Part shown: piece after piece, positions 32,905-44,281 of the stretch
How positions within the stretch are numbered: the stretch's first letter is position 1
Layout: every line of letters starts with the position of its first letter
Assembly (NCBI GenBank): GCA_964291215.2
Contig: OZ219791.1
Coordinates: forward strand, 832,001-896,000
Reading direction: 5' to 3'
Length of the DNA stretch: 64,000 nucleotides
Source of the DNA: Alphaproteobacteria bacterium
Lineage (GTDB): Bacteria; Pseudomonadota; Alphaproteobacteria; MPNO01; UBA830
Made by a program: the position numbers and the translations under genes
The notes under the pieces: model-generated
What the model was told of the DNA's origin: nothing
Seen by the model: only the letters and a program-made list of their open reading frames with translations
The model's database searches: none

Positions 32905-34600
32905 CAGAACTTTCCCACGCTGCATTCAATTTTGCTGTCTTCTGCTGTCCGGAGGTTTCACAGCGTGCCGGGTTTTCTGGTTTCGGGGCCGTCCGCAGTC
33001 GTCGCCGGCGGCGTTATCGGCGCGTGGGCGGGTTGTTTTCGGGATGTGGGCGGCGTCCGGGAATCGGCCGGACACCATTGGCGCTCAGGGCTGCGGCGGC
33101 TTCTCGGCGGTCGAGCCGCCGCCGTGTTTCGGCGAGGCTCTCGCGTCGGTTGGCGAAGATCACCGCGAGCGCGATGTTGTCGAGGCTGGCGCGGTTTGCG
33201 GGTCAGGCAGGCGTCCTCGCCGAAGACGCAGTCTCGGTGGTTCATGTTTTCCACGGCCCGCGGCCGCAGCAGTTCCTCTGGCGACGCGTGTTGCGCATCG
33301 AGCTGATGTACCGGTGTAGTCGTTGCCGCTCGCTGCGCCGCTGGCGCTCTTTCCCGGCGGCTCGCGGTAGCATGCGGGCGATCTGCCGGGGTAGTTGATC
33401 AGGCCCTCAAGCGGCACGCGCTGCTCGAGGCGGGCCTTGCCTCCTTGAAGCGGCCATCCGTCTCCCGGTCGATGCCGTCGAAGGTTTCGGGCGCCCTTGA
33501 CCGGGAAGACGTGGTCTGCGCCGCAGCGCCGGGTGATCAGCGTCGTGTGCAGCGCGGGTGATCACCTTGCCGCGGACATCGGTGCGCTCGAGGAGGTGGC
33601 CGCCAGCTCGCCGTCGTCGAAGTTCAACAGCGCGAAGGGTGCGCCGGAGCCGTGAGGGCCACGGTCTCGTGGTGGCCGCCGCGGATGCGCTTGCCGTCGG
33701 CGGCAAGCGCCCGGGCGAGCCGGCGGCCGAGCACATCCTCGAGCGCCTCGGGATCAATCGACCGGATGACCCGGTGGAGGATCGCCCCGGAGGGCGGCTC
33801 GCGCAGCTCCGTCCTCGGGTTCCGCCGATGGCCTCGAGCTCGTCCCCGGACAGCGGCCGCGCAAACTGCGCAGCTGCCTTTCATGTTCGCAAGCTCGGCG
33901 AGAACGTGAGCACACCGTGTGCTTTCTGCGCGGCGGAAGTCCTCGATCGCCGCCAGCTCGTCGTGCAGCGAACGCATCACTTCGGAACCCCGGGGAGGAG
34001 GAGGTAGGCGGCGCCCGGCAGCGCCTGCGGACGCGACAGCAGCCGTCGCGCCGCACAACGAAAATCTCCTTGCCATGGGGGTCGGTGCAACGCCCGTTGG
34101 CGCGGGCAAACCCCCTGGCACGCCAGCCCGCCGCCTTGTGCCCGCAAAACTCGCAGGATCGCAGAACGTCTCCGCCACCTGGTGGCCGCAGGCCCAGTCG
34201 TCGGCCAGCCGCCGCGTCGCAAGAAAGAAGGAGGCAAGGTTCGGAAACGTTCCCGGCGCCGCAAGCAGTCGCGTGTTGTCAGATCAAGCCACTGCTGCTC
34301 CGGCTTCCAGCCACCGGTCGCGGCACTTGAAGGCCCCGGCCAGACCACTGCCCCCTGAAGGACGCAATATGGCGCAGCCCCGCCAGACGGCGAAACCCGA
34401 GATAGTCGTCCATCAACGCAGCGGACGCTCCTCGGGCTTCGCGAACCTCGGACAGACCCTTCTGGAGCTGCGACGTGAATCGGACAGGACGCGATGTGCT
34501 TGTGAACCGACATCCCCGCACCATGACAACTCCAGTGCAGGAAAACCAGCGAAAACTGCAAAAAAATCTCTCACACCAACCCGCGCCCCCGCAAAACCCA
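32905..34600 (-). mobile_element. ISAs1-family DUF4338 element, second subfamily, heavily deleted
   Basis: TIR CAGAACTTTCCCACGCTG; MDDYLGFRRLAG, AETFCDPASFAGT, ALAADGKRIRG, ENMNHRDCVFGEDAC. Confidence 0.8.
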
Positions 34601-35060
34601 CAAGGTGATCCCATGCTTGTTGATGTGATGTGATCGGAGTCCTGATCGTGGCGCGGGTCGACGCGTTCGAGGCTGCGATTTTGAGATTTGCTGACGCGCT
34701 GTTACGGCGCGGGGTGCGATTGGTCGGCGTATCCGGGGCGAGCGAGAGGCCTTGGTTGCCGGGCTCGAAAGCTTGCAGTTTCTGTCGGGGAGAGAGGCTC
34801 GATCAGCCTGGTCTTGTGATTGCGTGCAGGACCTGCTTGCGCTTGTCGACATAGTGGTGTCGACGAAGCTGTTGAAGGGTTTGGGCAGCTTGCGTTTGTT
34901 GCGGATGATGATTGCGAGGGTGATCGCGTTGTTTGCGGGCGCGTTCGGAGCATGGAGTCGTCTTCGCGGAAGGTGGCATCGCGGACATGATGATGGCTCT
35001 CGACTACCCAGTGTCCGCGATTCCATGCGAGCAACTGTTGTGGCGAGGCGCGCTCGACCG

Positions 35061-37671
35061 AGCATCCATGTTTCTTGGCAAGGTTTTTGCGGGTGTCTGT
35101 GGTGATGTTTTCTGTGGTTGTCCACAAGCGGTGTGGGGTTTGCTCTGCGAGCGAGGCGACATGAAGCTTGTGGTCCCGGCGGCGGGTTGCCGTCCATTGG
35201 TCACGTGAACGCGGCTACCTTGCCGTCCCCGGGCACGTGACCGTCCGGGTTCCAGGTGTCCCAAGGCGGTTCGATCTCCTTGATGTCGACCTCGACGATG
35301 ATCTGCAGACATTCTCCCCAAGTCGTGTCGTAGAGGGAGACTGTCGATACAGTCCCGATCGCGCTCTCGGCAGGGCCGTGTCTCCTTCACTCACTCACCG
35401 GTGCTTCAGGCAACGCTGCTGTCGCAGCAAGGTGTTCGCCAGAGCTTGCGCATCACGGCGACAATCGCGACTTTGTGGGCCTTGCCGGCAGTCTTGAGGC
35501 GCACCAGGTCCGCGTTGAAGCGTGCCGGTTGCGGCCAGGAGATCGCGTGGCCTTCGGCGCCCGCCACGGATGTGCCGAGCACCGTGGTCGTTGGCGCCAC
35601 CCCGATCAAGGCTGCCGACGCTGCCGAGTTCGGGCATCCAGAAGGGCCGCGGCGGTCACCGGACCGGGGATCGAGGTCAGGATGGCATACCTCTGCTCGG
35701 GATCACCGGCGATCACCGCTTTGATCGCCGCGCCGGCAATGCGATCATTGAGATCGGCCGCCGAGGCCCTTGTGACGGTCTCGCCATCCACCTCATCTGC
35801 CACCTGCTTGGCGTCGACAAGCGCGCCACCAGGAGATCCTCCAGGCTCTTGAGGAAGGCGGAGCCACAGGCTCAAGATCGCCCAGCCGATCTTGGCGTCG
35901 ACGCGGTTGGCCCATCGCCTCGGCGAAGCCCGCAACGGGTTGACGAGAATAACCTCGAAGCCCCGGTCATGAAGACACTGGTGAACCTTGCGGTGATAGC
36001 GGCCTGTCGCCCACCACCCGGCTCACCCCGAGGCCGCGAAGCCACTTGCCCGCCAGCTCGTGGCGTCGTTCGCAAAACAATGCGCCAGATGTCCAGACTG
36101 GCCTTGCTGACCCCTGCTACTATCTTGACCATCGTCCCTTGCTCCTCGCCTTACGATGATACGGGTTCAAACCCAAGCATCCAGCGAGGGACGTCAAGGG
36201 AGGTTGGCCGATCACACTCGGTCGCGGCTCTGTCAAGGCCAAGGTCAAAACGGCAACCTCCGCGGAGATCGTTTGATCCCCGCTCCCCTGTGCGTGTTCG
36301 CTCAGGGGAGCGGAATCTCTCTGCAACCATAGCTCTCCCACAGATCCACATTTTCCCGCCCCCAAATGCTGTGGATGATTTCATCATCAAGGGGACAAAA
36401 CCTAGTAGTCTAACATTATTGGATTGACGAATATAGTGACTTCAGTTTCGTCCGGGCATCCTTCGTCGTGAAACGCCAGTCGACAGTGACATCGGCCGCA
36501 TTGCGGCGCTCGACCCACGCCACGGTCTCCCGCAGCATGGTGTCGCGGTCGGGAATGCGTCGCCGAAGGCATTGCCGCGACAGCGCGCCGATCTCGATCT
36601 CGGCCATGTTGAGCCAGCTTCCGTGCTTCGGCGTGTAGCGAAACTCGAACCGCTTTCGCACCCGCCTTCTCGGGCTCGAAGGCTTCATACAGCGACTGTG
36701 CGTGTTCAGATTGTCCAGCACGATCTTTCTGTCGGGGAAATGGTCGTCGGCAAGCTCCCGGATGAAGTGCGCCCAGTCCCGCGGCGGTCGGTGACTTTCA
36801 CCGTGCGCCAGTTCTCGTTGGGCGCAAAGGCCATGAAGAGGTTGGCCGTGCCGTTGCGCTCATATTCATAGTCGACCACCTCCGGCTGACCGGGGGATAC
36901 GGGTTTCCTGCTGCCGGCTGGTCTCGCACACCAGCACCTCGTCCTTGGCAAAGTCCCGCTGATAAGTGTCAAGCACATCCTCCATCGCCGCTACGAACTG
37001 TGCGCTCCGGTGCGGTGGAATGCACCAGTTCAGCCACGGCTTGATCTCTTTTTTTAGCGTCTTCCTGACCGTCTCTTCCGAAATGCGCTCGACGATCTCC
37101 ACCAGACGGCCGGCGAGCAGCTTCAGCGGGCACAGCCCTCGGGCGGGGATGAGCAGGCTAGGGCGACCAGCTTCGCTTCCATCGCCCCGTCCAGCCGTTT
37201 CGGCCGACGGTTCACCTGCTCCTTGCGGCTGAGGGCGGCGTCCAGCCCCTCCAGAACGCAGCGCTTGCGCAAACGCTCGACCGTCGCCGTGCCGATGCCC
37301 AGCCCTTGCGCAATGTCGGCATCGACAAGCCGAGCGCCCCCTCGTCAGCCAGCATCAGGATTTGTGCCCGGCGCCGACGCCAGGCAGCCCCGGTGCCGTC
37401 GACAATCGCCTTCAGATCCCGGCGCTCCTGCGCCGAAAGGGTCACGCGGTAGAGCTTCCTGCCCCGAGAGTTGGCCATATGCGCTGCTCCTGTCATTGCG
37501 CCGAAGACCTGCGGGCATGCCCGTTGTCCGGACCTGCGCATGGGGCTGCCTGCCTGTTCGGCATCTGCCCGTGTGGATATCGGCACTGTCCGGATTCCAA
37601 CGAACGCCGACACGGAAATACTACCCACCAAAACCATCAATACAATGCCGGTGGACTACTAGTCATATAAG
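35061..37671 (-). mobile_element. IS110 element copy 3, with IS630 inserted near its left end
   Basis: CT cores at 35061-2 and 37670-1; same ISAs1 site as copy 2. Confidence 0.9.
36402..37662 (-). mobile_element. IS630-family element copy 3
   Basis: CTAGTAGTC...GACTACTAG ends; homologous to copies 1 and 2. Confidence 0.92.
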
Positions 37672-39383
37672 GTCATGGCGTGTTCGGTTGTCCGTTTTCC
37701 GGATTTCCTGAATTCGACGCGCCGAGTGACGCGGAAGATCTGCTTGACTAGTTGATCATCTTCGCCAGCGGGGTGAAGACCTCGATGGTGCGCTGGCGGC
37801 CATGCGCGGGCTTTTCGTTGTAGCGCTGGCGGTCTTCCAGTTGATGCTCTCTCAAAGGTTTCAGGCGCGTTGCCCTTGACCATCATCATCCAGTCCGCGC
37901 GATGGGTCTCGACGATCAGCCGCGCGGTCTCGCGGGTGGTATGGAGCGCGTCGAGGGTGAGCAGACGGCCGGCAACCGGTGCCGTCTCAAGCGCGGCGTG
38001 GACGGCAGCGATCTCCCCGTCGTGATAGTTGAGGATCGAATACCGGCCAGCGAGACCGTCTCGTAATGATCCTCGCCGGTGCGGCCGCGGATGCGCTTGC
38101 CGTCGACCGCGTTGCCGACCTCCAGGCGCGGCTGCGCGCCGCATCCTCGATCCATCCCGGGTCGGTGTTCTGCAGCACCCGGTGCACGGTGGAGACCGGC
38201 TTGTCCCTGTTCTTCCATGCTGCTCCAGCTCCTTCTGCGTCGTAGTGCGCCGCCGCAACCGCACCGTGCCGGTTCGCAAGCCGCGCCATCACGCACAGCA
38301 CCGAGGCGATGCCCCTGCGCGCGCCGGAAAGCGCCGCTGATAAATCGAGCGGAACTCCTGCGCCGACCAGCGGCGCCCGCAACTCCCACGCCACAGGAAG
38401 CGGCGAACGATCCCGCAGCCGACGTCACGACGCAGCGGAAACACGTAAAGATCCTTCGCCTCCCCGGTCGGTATAGCGCCCGCTGGCGCGCGCATAGCTC
38501 CTGCCAACGCACTCCCAGTTCGCCGCCTTGTACATGGTGCCGCTGAACTTCGTCGGCAAGACAAACGACTCCGCAACAAGCAACGGATGGCCGTACGCAG
38601 CCTCCCGGTCGCCGCCGCACCATCCGCGACAACGCAAACGAGGTTCGGAAACACCCGGCGACCACCAGGAACAACAAACCTCGTGTTGTTCCCGGCAACC
38701 GCCTGAACTGTTCCTCGCGGCGCCAGCCAATCCAACGGGTGCGCAGCTGAGGGCGCCCGTCTGCCAGCCCGCAGCGCCAATCCACCGCCCGCGCCAGGTG
38801 AACACGCAGACCTCGACCGGCAAACTGCTTGAAACCAAGATACGGTCAACCACACGGTTCCAGCGGCACTAGGCCGCGCAAGGCGCACAACCACATTCCG
38901 GAGCGCAAAACCTTCCGGAGTCGTCTCAAAAAAATCCGCTGCCCCCACGACAACGGATACTACGCCGCTTCACAAAAAGCCAGCTAAAATGCGAATCATC
39001 CTGAACAAGCGAAACCGACCCTTCCAACAAACCTAGCGTGGGATCACCGTGGCAAAACCCAAGTGCTGCCTTGAAAAACAAACAGAATTTAGCGTAAGAT
39101 CACCCTGCCCTCCACCTCCTGCAAGCGCAGCTCCTCACAGCGACCCTCCGCAGCCTCGGCTCGAATACGCTTGCGATCGTACAGGGACTTCCGGGTGGCC
39201 GAATCATGACACGACGACTGCGGCATGTCGCCAGCGGCGTCCGCACCCGATGATGACACGAAATCCTCGATGCACATGACCATGCACGACCTGATAGTAC
39301 CGCCAAAAAAATTTACCAGTCTCCTTCTCCGAATCACCAAAATGAACCTCGGCGCAGATCGTCATCACCGCACGAACGAACGC

Positions 39384-40935
39384 TTACGCACCCGTCAGGG
39401 ATCCGTCGGTAACGACATGGAGCGATTGGGTCTTGCCGTCGACCCGGAAGCCGGTTTCGTCGACATGCAGCGCCGGGCGTTCCGGCAGCTCGGCGATGGC
39501 GGCCTGCTCCCATGAGTGCAGCGCGTCATACAGGCGCCTGACGTAGCCGAGACAGGTGCCTCGGAGAGCCTGAGCCCGGAGATCGCCTGCACCAGCGCGA
39601 CGGCCCGGCGCAGGGACAGCATTTTGGGCGACCAGCAGGTTGATGACGAAGGCCTGCAGACCGGTATCGTATTGCTGCGGCCCGGGCATGGTCTCGGGGA
39701 ACCGCCCCCGGGTCCGGCAATCCGGACATTCCTTGACCTCGGCGTCGACGCGAGTCTCGACGACCTTGAAGACGATGTCGCAGAGGACGCGACGCTCCCG
39801 GTCGACGGGGTCGACATCATTGAGGTCGGTGCCGCAGGCCTCACAGGCCTCGACGGTGACCGTCTCCTCGACGACGGTCTTCCGGAGGTTGGCGCCCGTC
39901 TGCAAGGTTCGCCCTTGCGCCCTTGCGCCGCTCGTCCTTGTCCGTCTGCGACGGCAGAAGGCCGGAGTTGGCGCCGGTCTTGCGGGTCGTCTTCTCCAGC
40001 AGGACGGTAATCAGGATGCTCGCCAAGGTGGACAGCACGCGGATCACGTCATCGACCTCTTTGGATATCTTGCCGGCCGCGCGCAACGCCGCGATTTGGG
40101 CCTTGGCCGCCTCGAACTTCTCGCGCAGCGACGCCGCGTTGACCGTCGCCATCACCCGGCCTCGACGGCCATGATCGCCTCGAGCACCGCCTGGCGCTCG
40201 CCCGGCGGCATCCTCCGGTACCCCGCCGCCCAGCGGGCGGCCTTGCGCTTGATGCGCTGACGGTCCGGGTGGTTCCGTCCGGCATGGCTGGCCGAGTGTA
40301 TCCGCCCGGGCTCGAAGTTGAGCCACACCACCTCGGTGCGGACCCGGGCCTGGGTCGTCACCTGCACGGCGATGCGGCGCCAGTCCCGCAGCAGGTCGTC
40401 GTACAACGCCGAAGGGTGGCCCGAGACCATCGCCTGACACGGCAGACCCTTGAGCAGTTCAAGGAGTTCGACATGGTCGGCTTCGGTGTAGTCGTGGCGG
40501 TACCGCCGGCCCGACCGGCGGGTCGCCTGCAGGTACGGCGGGTCGCTGCAGACCAGTTCCGTGCCCCGGAACGCAAAGCCGGCCAGGAACGCGTGGGCGC
40601 AGCCGTGGATCAGTTCCACCGGATAGTCGCACCCGAACTCGTCCAGCGCTCGCCGGTCCCGGTCGATCCCGATAGAGCGCAACGCCGGCACTTTGCGCTT
40701 CATCAGCGCGCCGCCTCCGAGATGCGTTTCCACATACAGATCATGCGGGGGCTGGAGCCCCAGAAGCAACTGGCACAGCCCGCTCGTCGCCTTCGATCCA
40801 AAGTAGCCCATCGGTAGTCCTCGTCGCTCTCGATCACCAACACTAACCGAATCGGTCTCCAGTGTCAAATCTCCACGAAAACCCGTTCGTTGCTTTACCC
40901 CGACGCCAAGCCGGAACCAGGGGGTGAGCAGTTAC
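39384..40935 (-). mobile_element. IS66-family element with intact MTase and decayed, 3'-truncated transposase
   Basis: Left TIR at 40921-40935; NSGLLPSQTD, CEACG zinc finger, LHVDETGFRVDGK. Confidence 0.9.
40152..40811 (-). CDS. DNA adenine methyltransferase (Dam/D12-like), IS66 passenger
   Basis: MGYFGSK, YVETHLGGGAL (motif I-like), SDPPY (motif IV), MVSGH; stop overlaps transposase ATG (TGATG). Confidence 0.88.
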   Translation of the reverse strand: MGYFGSKATSGLCQLLLGLQPPHDLYVETHLGGGALMKRKVPALRSIGIDRDRRALDEFGCDYPVELIHGCAHAFLAGFAFRGTELVCSDPPYLQATRRSGRRYRHDYTEADHVELLELLKGLPCQAMVSGHPSALYDDLLRDWRRIAVQVTTQARVRTEVVWLNFEPGRIHSASHAGRNHPDRQRIKRKAARWAAGYRRMPPGERQAVLEAIMAVEAG

Positions 40936-40972
40936 ACAAAAACTTAACAATATTGTCGTGCACCCCGGTCCG

Positions 40973-41160
40973 CACGACGACCCCATGCTAATTCGGAGAC
41001 GTGAAATCCGAATACGTTGGGGCTCATCACAGATCGCCTCCTTGATCGCAATTTTTGTGCCGAGAAGGCCCCATCGAGTCTTGGCGGCACGATTGCAGCG
41101 CGACGCAAACTGAGAAAATCTCGCCAGTCGTCGCCGGATTAGCAGCGTGGGATCACCGTG
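40973..41160. mobile_element. ISAs1-type MITE (188 bp)
   Basis: Ends CACGACGACCCCATGC / GCGTGGGATCACCGTG; 9-bp TSD CCCGGTCCG. Confidence 0.8.
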
Positions 41161-41270
41161 CCCGGTCCGAGTTCCCCGTTGAATTGTGGCGCCGGATCGG
41201 CTAACGCTGGCATTGGCGTTTCGGTCGCGAATGTCGGGCCGGGGCAGCACCTTGCGAAGGATCTGTACCG

Positions 41271-42470
41271 ATGACGGCTGCGACGATGGCGGTCCGCCGC
41301 GAAGTCCGCGCCATCAGCCTGATCGGCTTCGCGCATTTCCTTAGCCATTTCTACATGCTGTCGCTGGTTCCGCTGTTTCTCCTTGTGCAGGCGGAATTCG
41401 AGGTCTCGTTCGTCGAGCTGGGCCTGATCATTACCCTCTACAACGTGGCGACCGCGGTGCTGCAGACGCCGATGGGGGTTCTCGTCGACCGGTTAGGCGC
41501 TAGGCGCATCCTGATCGCCGGCTTGTTCGTCAATGCGTTCGCCGTCGCCCTAGCGGGCTTTGCCTCGTCCTACATGGAACTCCTGCTGCTCTTCCTAGTG
41601 GCCGGCGCGGGCAACAGCGTGTTTCATCCTGCCGACTACGTTATCCTTACCGCGTCCGTCGACCAACGGCGTCAGGGCAAGGCCTATTCGATCCATTCCT
41701 TTGGCGGTGCGCTGGGTTTTGCGGCCGCACCGTCGGTAATGATCACTCTCGCCAACTGGACGGACTGGCGCACGGCGCTGGTCATCGCCGGACTCGCAGG
41801 AATCGTTCTTTCCTTCGTGTTCGTGTTCTCCGGTGACACGCTGAAAGAAGATGCGAAGACGAAGTCCCAGCCCGACCGGCAGGTAACCCTGCGCCAGACC
41901 ATCACGGTTCCGGTGATGCTGTTCTTCCTGTTCTACGTGTGCATGGCGGCATCGTCGATAGGCTTGACGGGCTTTGCGGCGGTGTTCTTGCCCGAGATGT
42001 ACGGCATATCGATCCAGACGGCGAGCCACATGCTTTCGATCATGCTGCTGGCAGGCGCCGTCGGCACGTTGTTCGGCGGGCCGCTGGCCGACCGCACGCG
42101 GAACCACGATCTCGTGCTGACGATATGCTTCGGCGTAGGCGCGCTGTTGACCGTAGCGGTCGGAACCGCGGCCATACCTGTGTTTTTGGTGCTGGTGGCT
42201 TTTGCCGGCAACGGGTTCTTCCGGGGAATCGTCAATCCATCGCGGGACATCATGGTACGAGAGATATCGCCGCCCGCCGCGCTCGGCACGGTGTTCGCCT
42301 TCGTGACGACCGGCTTCAGCATTGGCCAGGGGCTGGCGCCCATCCTCTACGGGTTTCTACTAGACCACGGGATGGTTTCGGCCGTGCTTTATGTCTCAGC
42401 AGCCTTCACGCTGCTCATGATCGGCCTGTCGGTCTCCTCGCGCGAGCGCCGCGCCCGCCGTTCGGCGTGA
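41271..42470 (+). CDS. MFS transporter (Fsr-like)
   Basis: AHFLSHFY, GVLVDRLGARR motif A, GNSVFHP; many TM segments. Confidence 0.9.
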   Translation: MTAATMAVRREVRAISLIGFAHFLSHFYMLSLVPLFLLVQAEFEVSFVELGLIITLYNVATAVLQTPMGVLVDRLGARRILIAGLFVNAFAVALAGFASSYMELLLLFLVAGAGNSVFHPADYVILTASVDQRRQGKAYSIHSFGGALGFAAAPSVMITLANWTDWRTALVIAGLAGIVLSFVFVFSGDTLKEDAKTKSQPDRQVTLRQTITVPVMLFFLFYVCMAASSIGLTGFAAVFLPEMYGISIQTASHMLSIMLLAGAVGTLFGGPLADRTRNHDLVLTICFGVGALLTVAVGTAAIPVFLVLVAFAGNGFFRGIVNPSRDIMVREISPPAALGTVFAFVTTGFSIGQGLAPILYGFLLDHGMVSAVLYVSAAFTLLMIGLSVSSRERRARRSA

Positions 42471-42637
42471 TTCGCGCGGCAGGGCGACGCACAAAGGCTG
42501 GGCTCGGGACTGACTGGCATTCGGCGTCCCGGCTCCGAAGAGACCGGCCGATGGAACCTCCGGGCGCTGCGGCGCTCAGTGACTGCCGGCCTGAGGGATG
42601 CTGGCCGGGTGAAGGTCGTGTGGCGCGATTGGCCGGT

Positions 42638-42871
42638 TCACCGCGCCTTACGGATCCGAATCGTGAACACCCCGCCATTTTCCTCCAAGCCTAGGAGGAC
42701 ATGGCCGGTCTCGCGGCAGAACGCCTCGAAATCGCCCGGTGCCGCCGGGTCGTCGGCGCGGATCTCCATGAGTTCACCGCGGGGAATATCGCGCAGCCGC
42801 TTGCGGGCGCGTAGCACGGGCAACGGACACTTCAATCCGACGGCGTCGAGAATCGGGGCATCGTCAGGCAT
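42638..42871 (-). CDS. tusA: Sulfur carrier protein, TusA family
   Basis: LDAVGLKCPLPVL..ADDPAAPGDFEAFC. Confidence 0.88.
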   Translation of the reverse strand: MPDDAPILDAVGLKCPLPVLRARKRLRDIPRGELMEIRADDPAAPGDFEAFCRETGHVLLGLEENGGVFTIRIRKAR

Positions 42872-43095
42872 GGCGGGCGGAATCCGGTGTTTCGTGCAGT
42901 GATGGCCCGACCCCGGCGGGCTTTCCGGAGTGGTCGCGCCATGTGGCCCCGGCTTCACCGAGTCCTAGCTGGGGTTCTTGGGAGCTTTTAGAACTTTGTG
43001 CCTGTCGCCTCCAAATGAAGGTGCTCATGAAAGACGTGGGGATGCTGGAGCAGACACGAGCGTAGTGATGAAACACCAGCCCGCGCGCTTCTTTA

Positions 43096-43490
43096 GGGCC
43101 CGTCACGAAACAATCGCGTCTGTGTCGGGTGTTGGCAAGAGTGAATAGTTCCACTCGCCCTGGAATTTTGCGCGCTTGATGTCGAGGGCCTTTATCTCGG
43201 CATCCTTGATTCCCTTCGGACAGGTGTTTTCGTCGACATCGCAATAGACCTTGAGGCCGGCTTCGGTGGTGGTTGTTCTGATCAGGCTGACGATGGTGGC
43301 GAGGCTGCGCAGCGGCTTGCCGCGCCAGTTTTGGCTGATGAACGAGAACAGGCGATGCGGTTCCATTTGCTGGTGCCGGGCGGCAGGTGGCAGACCATGA
43401 TCTCGAGGCTGAGCTCCCTAGCGAACTTCTGCAGTTCGACCTTCCACAGCCGCACCCGGGCCCCGTTCGACTTTTTAACATCCCACACTT
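43096..43490 (-). pseudogene. ISAzo13-family transposase 3' remnant
   Basis: CHLPPGTSKWN, LFSFISQNWRGKPL, GEWNY. Confidence 0.85.
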
Positions 43491-44281
43491 ATACAAGTCC
43501 CCCGTTCCATAGTGAAGTGCAACACATGATGGGCTGTGGCCATGTGTTTTTAGACGCATGATGTTGCGGAGCGGTAGCGGCGAGAGTTTCTGTGCAAGAT
43601 GAAGGGGACTTGTTCATGTCCAAAGGCTACCGTCACCTACGAAGAGCGATGCCAGATTGAGGCAGAAAAGCGGTCTTTCACAAGGTGCGATTGCTCGGCA
43701 GCTGGGCCGATCAACAATTTTCCGGGAGATCAAGCGCAACACCGGGGGACGGGGTTACCGTCACAAGCAGGCACAAAGGATGGCAGAAACGCGCCGCAGG
43801 GCAGCCTCGTCTGTTTCTTGGCGGTTGACGCCTCGGATTGAAGCTCAGAAAAAGCTGCGGGAGGGCCCCGAGCAGATCAGCGGCCGTTTTCGACTGGAGG
43901 GCCGTGGGTCGGCAACGGATCCATGATCGCCGAAGATCGGAGAGCCGGGGGCGTCTTGTGGAAGAAGCTTCGGCGGCGCAGCAAGAAGCCGAACTGGAAG
44001 GGCGGATGCCATTCTGGCCGGGTGGACATTTCCGAGCGCCCTGCGGAGGCAAAGGAACGGGTCGGCGACTGGGAGCCATCATCGGCAAAGCTCACAGTGG
44101 AGCTGTCGCTGGTTGATCGTGCCACGAAATACATCTTGCTGGGTGGACAGAAAGACACGGTCGGTATGATCCGCCTGCTCGGCTCTGGTGCGCTATTGGT
44201 CTGCACAATCACGTCAGACAACGGAGTTCGCAGACCACAGGCGTGTCGCTGAAGCACTTGACGCAGATTTCTTCTTCGCCT

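Larger units (their letters stand above)
34601..39051 (-). mobile_element. ISAs1-family DUF4338 element copy B, containing IS110::IS630
   Basis: 16-bp TIRs; perfect 10-bp TSD GCAAAACCCA (34591-34600, 39052-39061). Confidence 0.93.
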
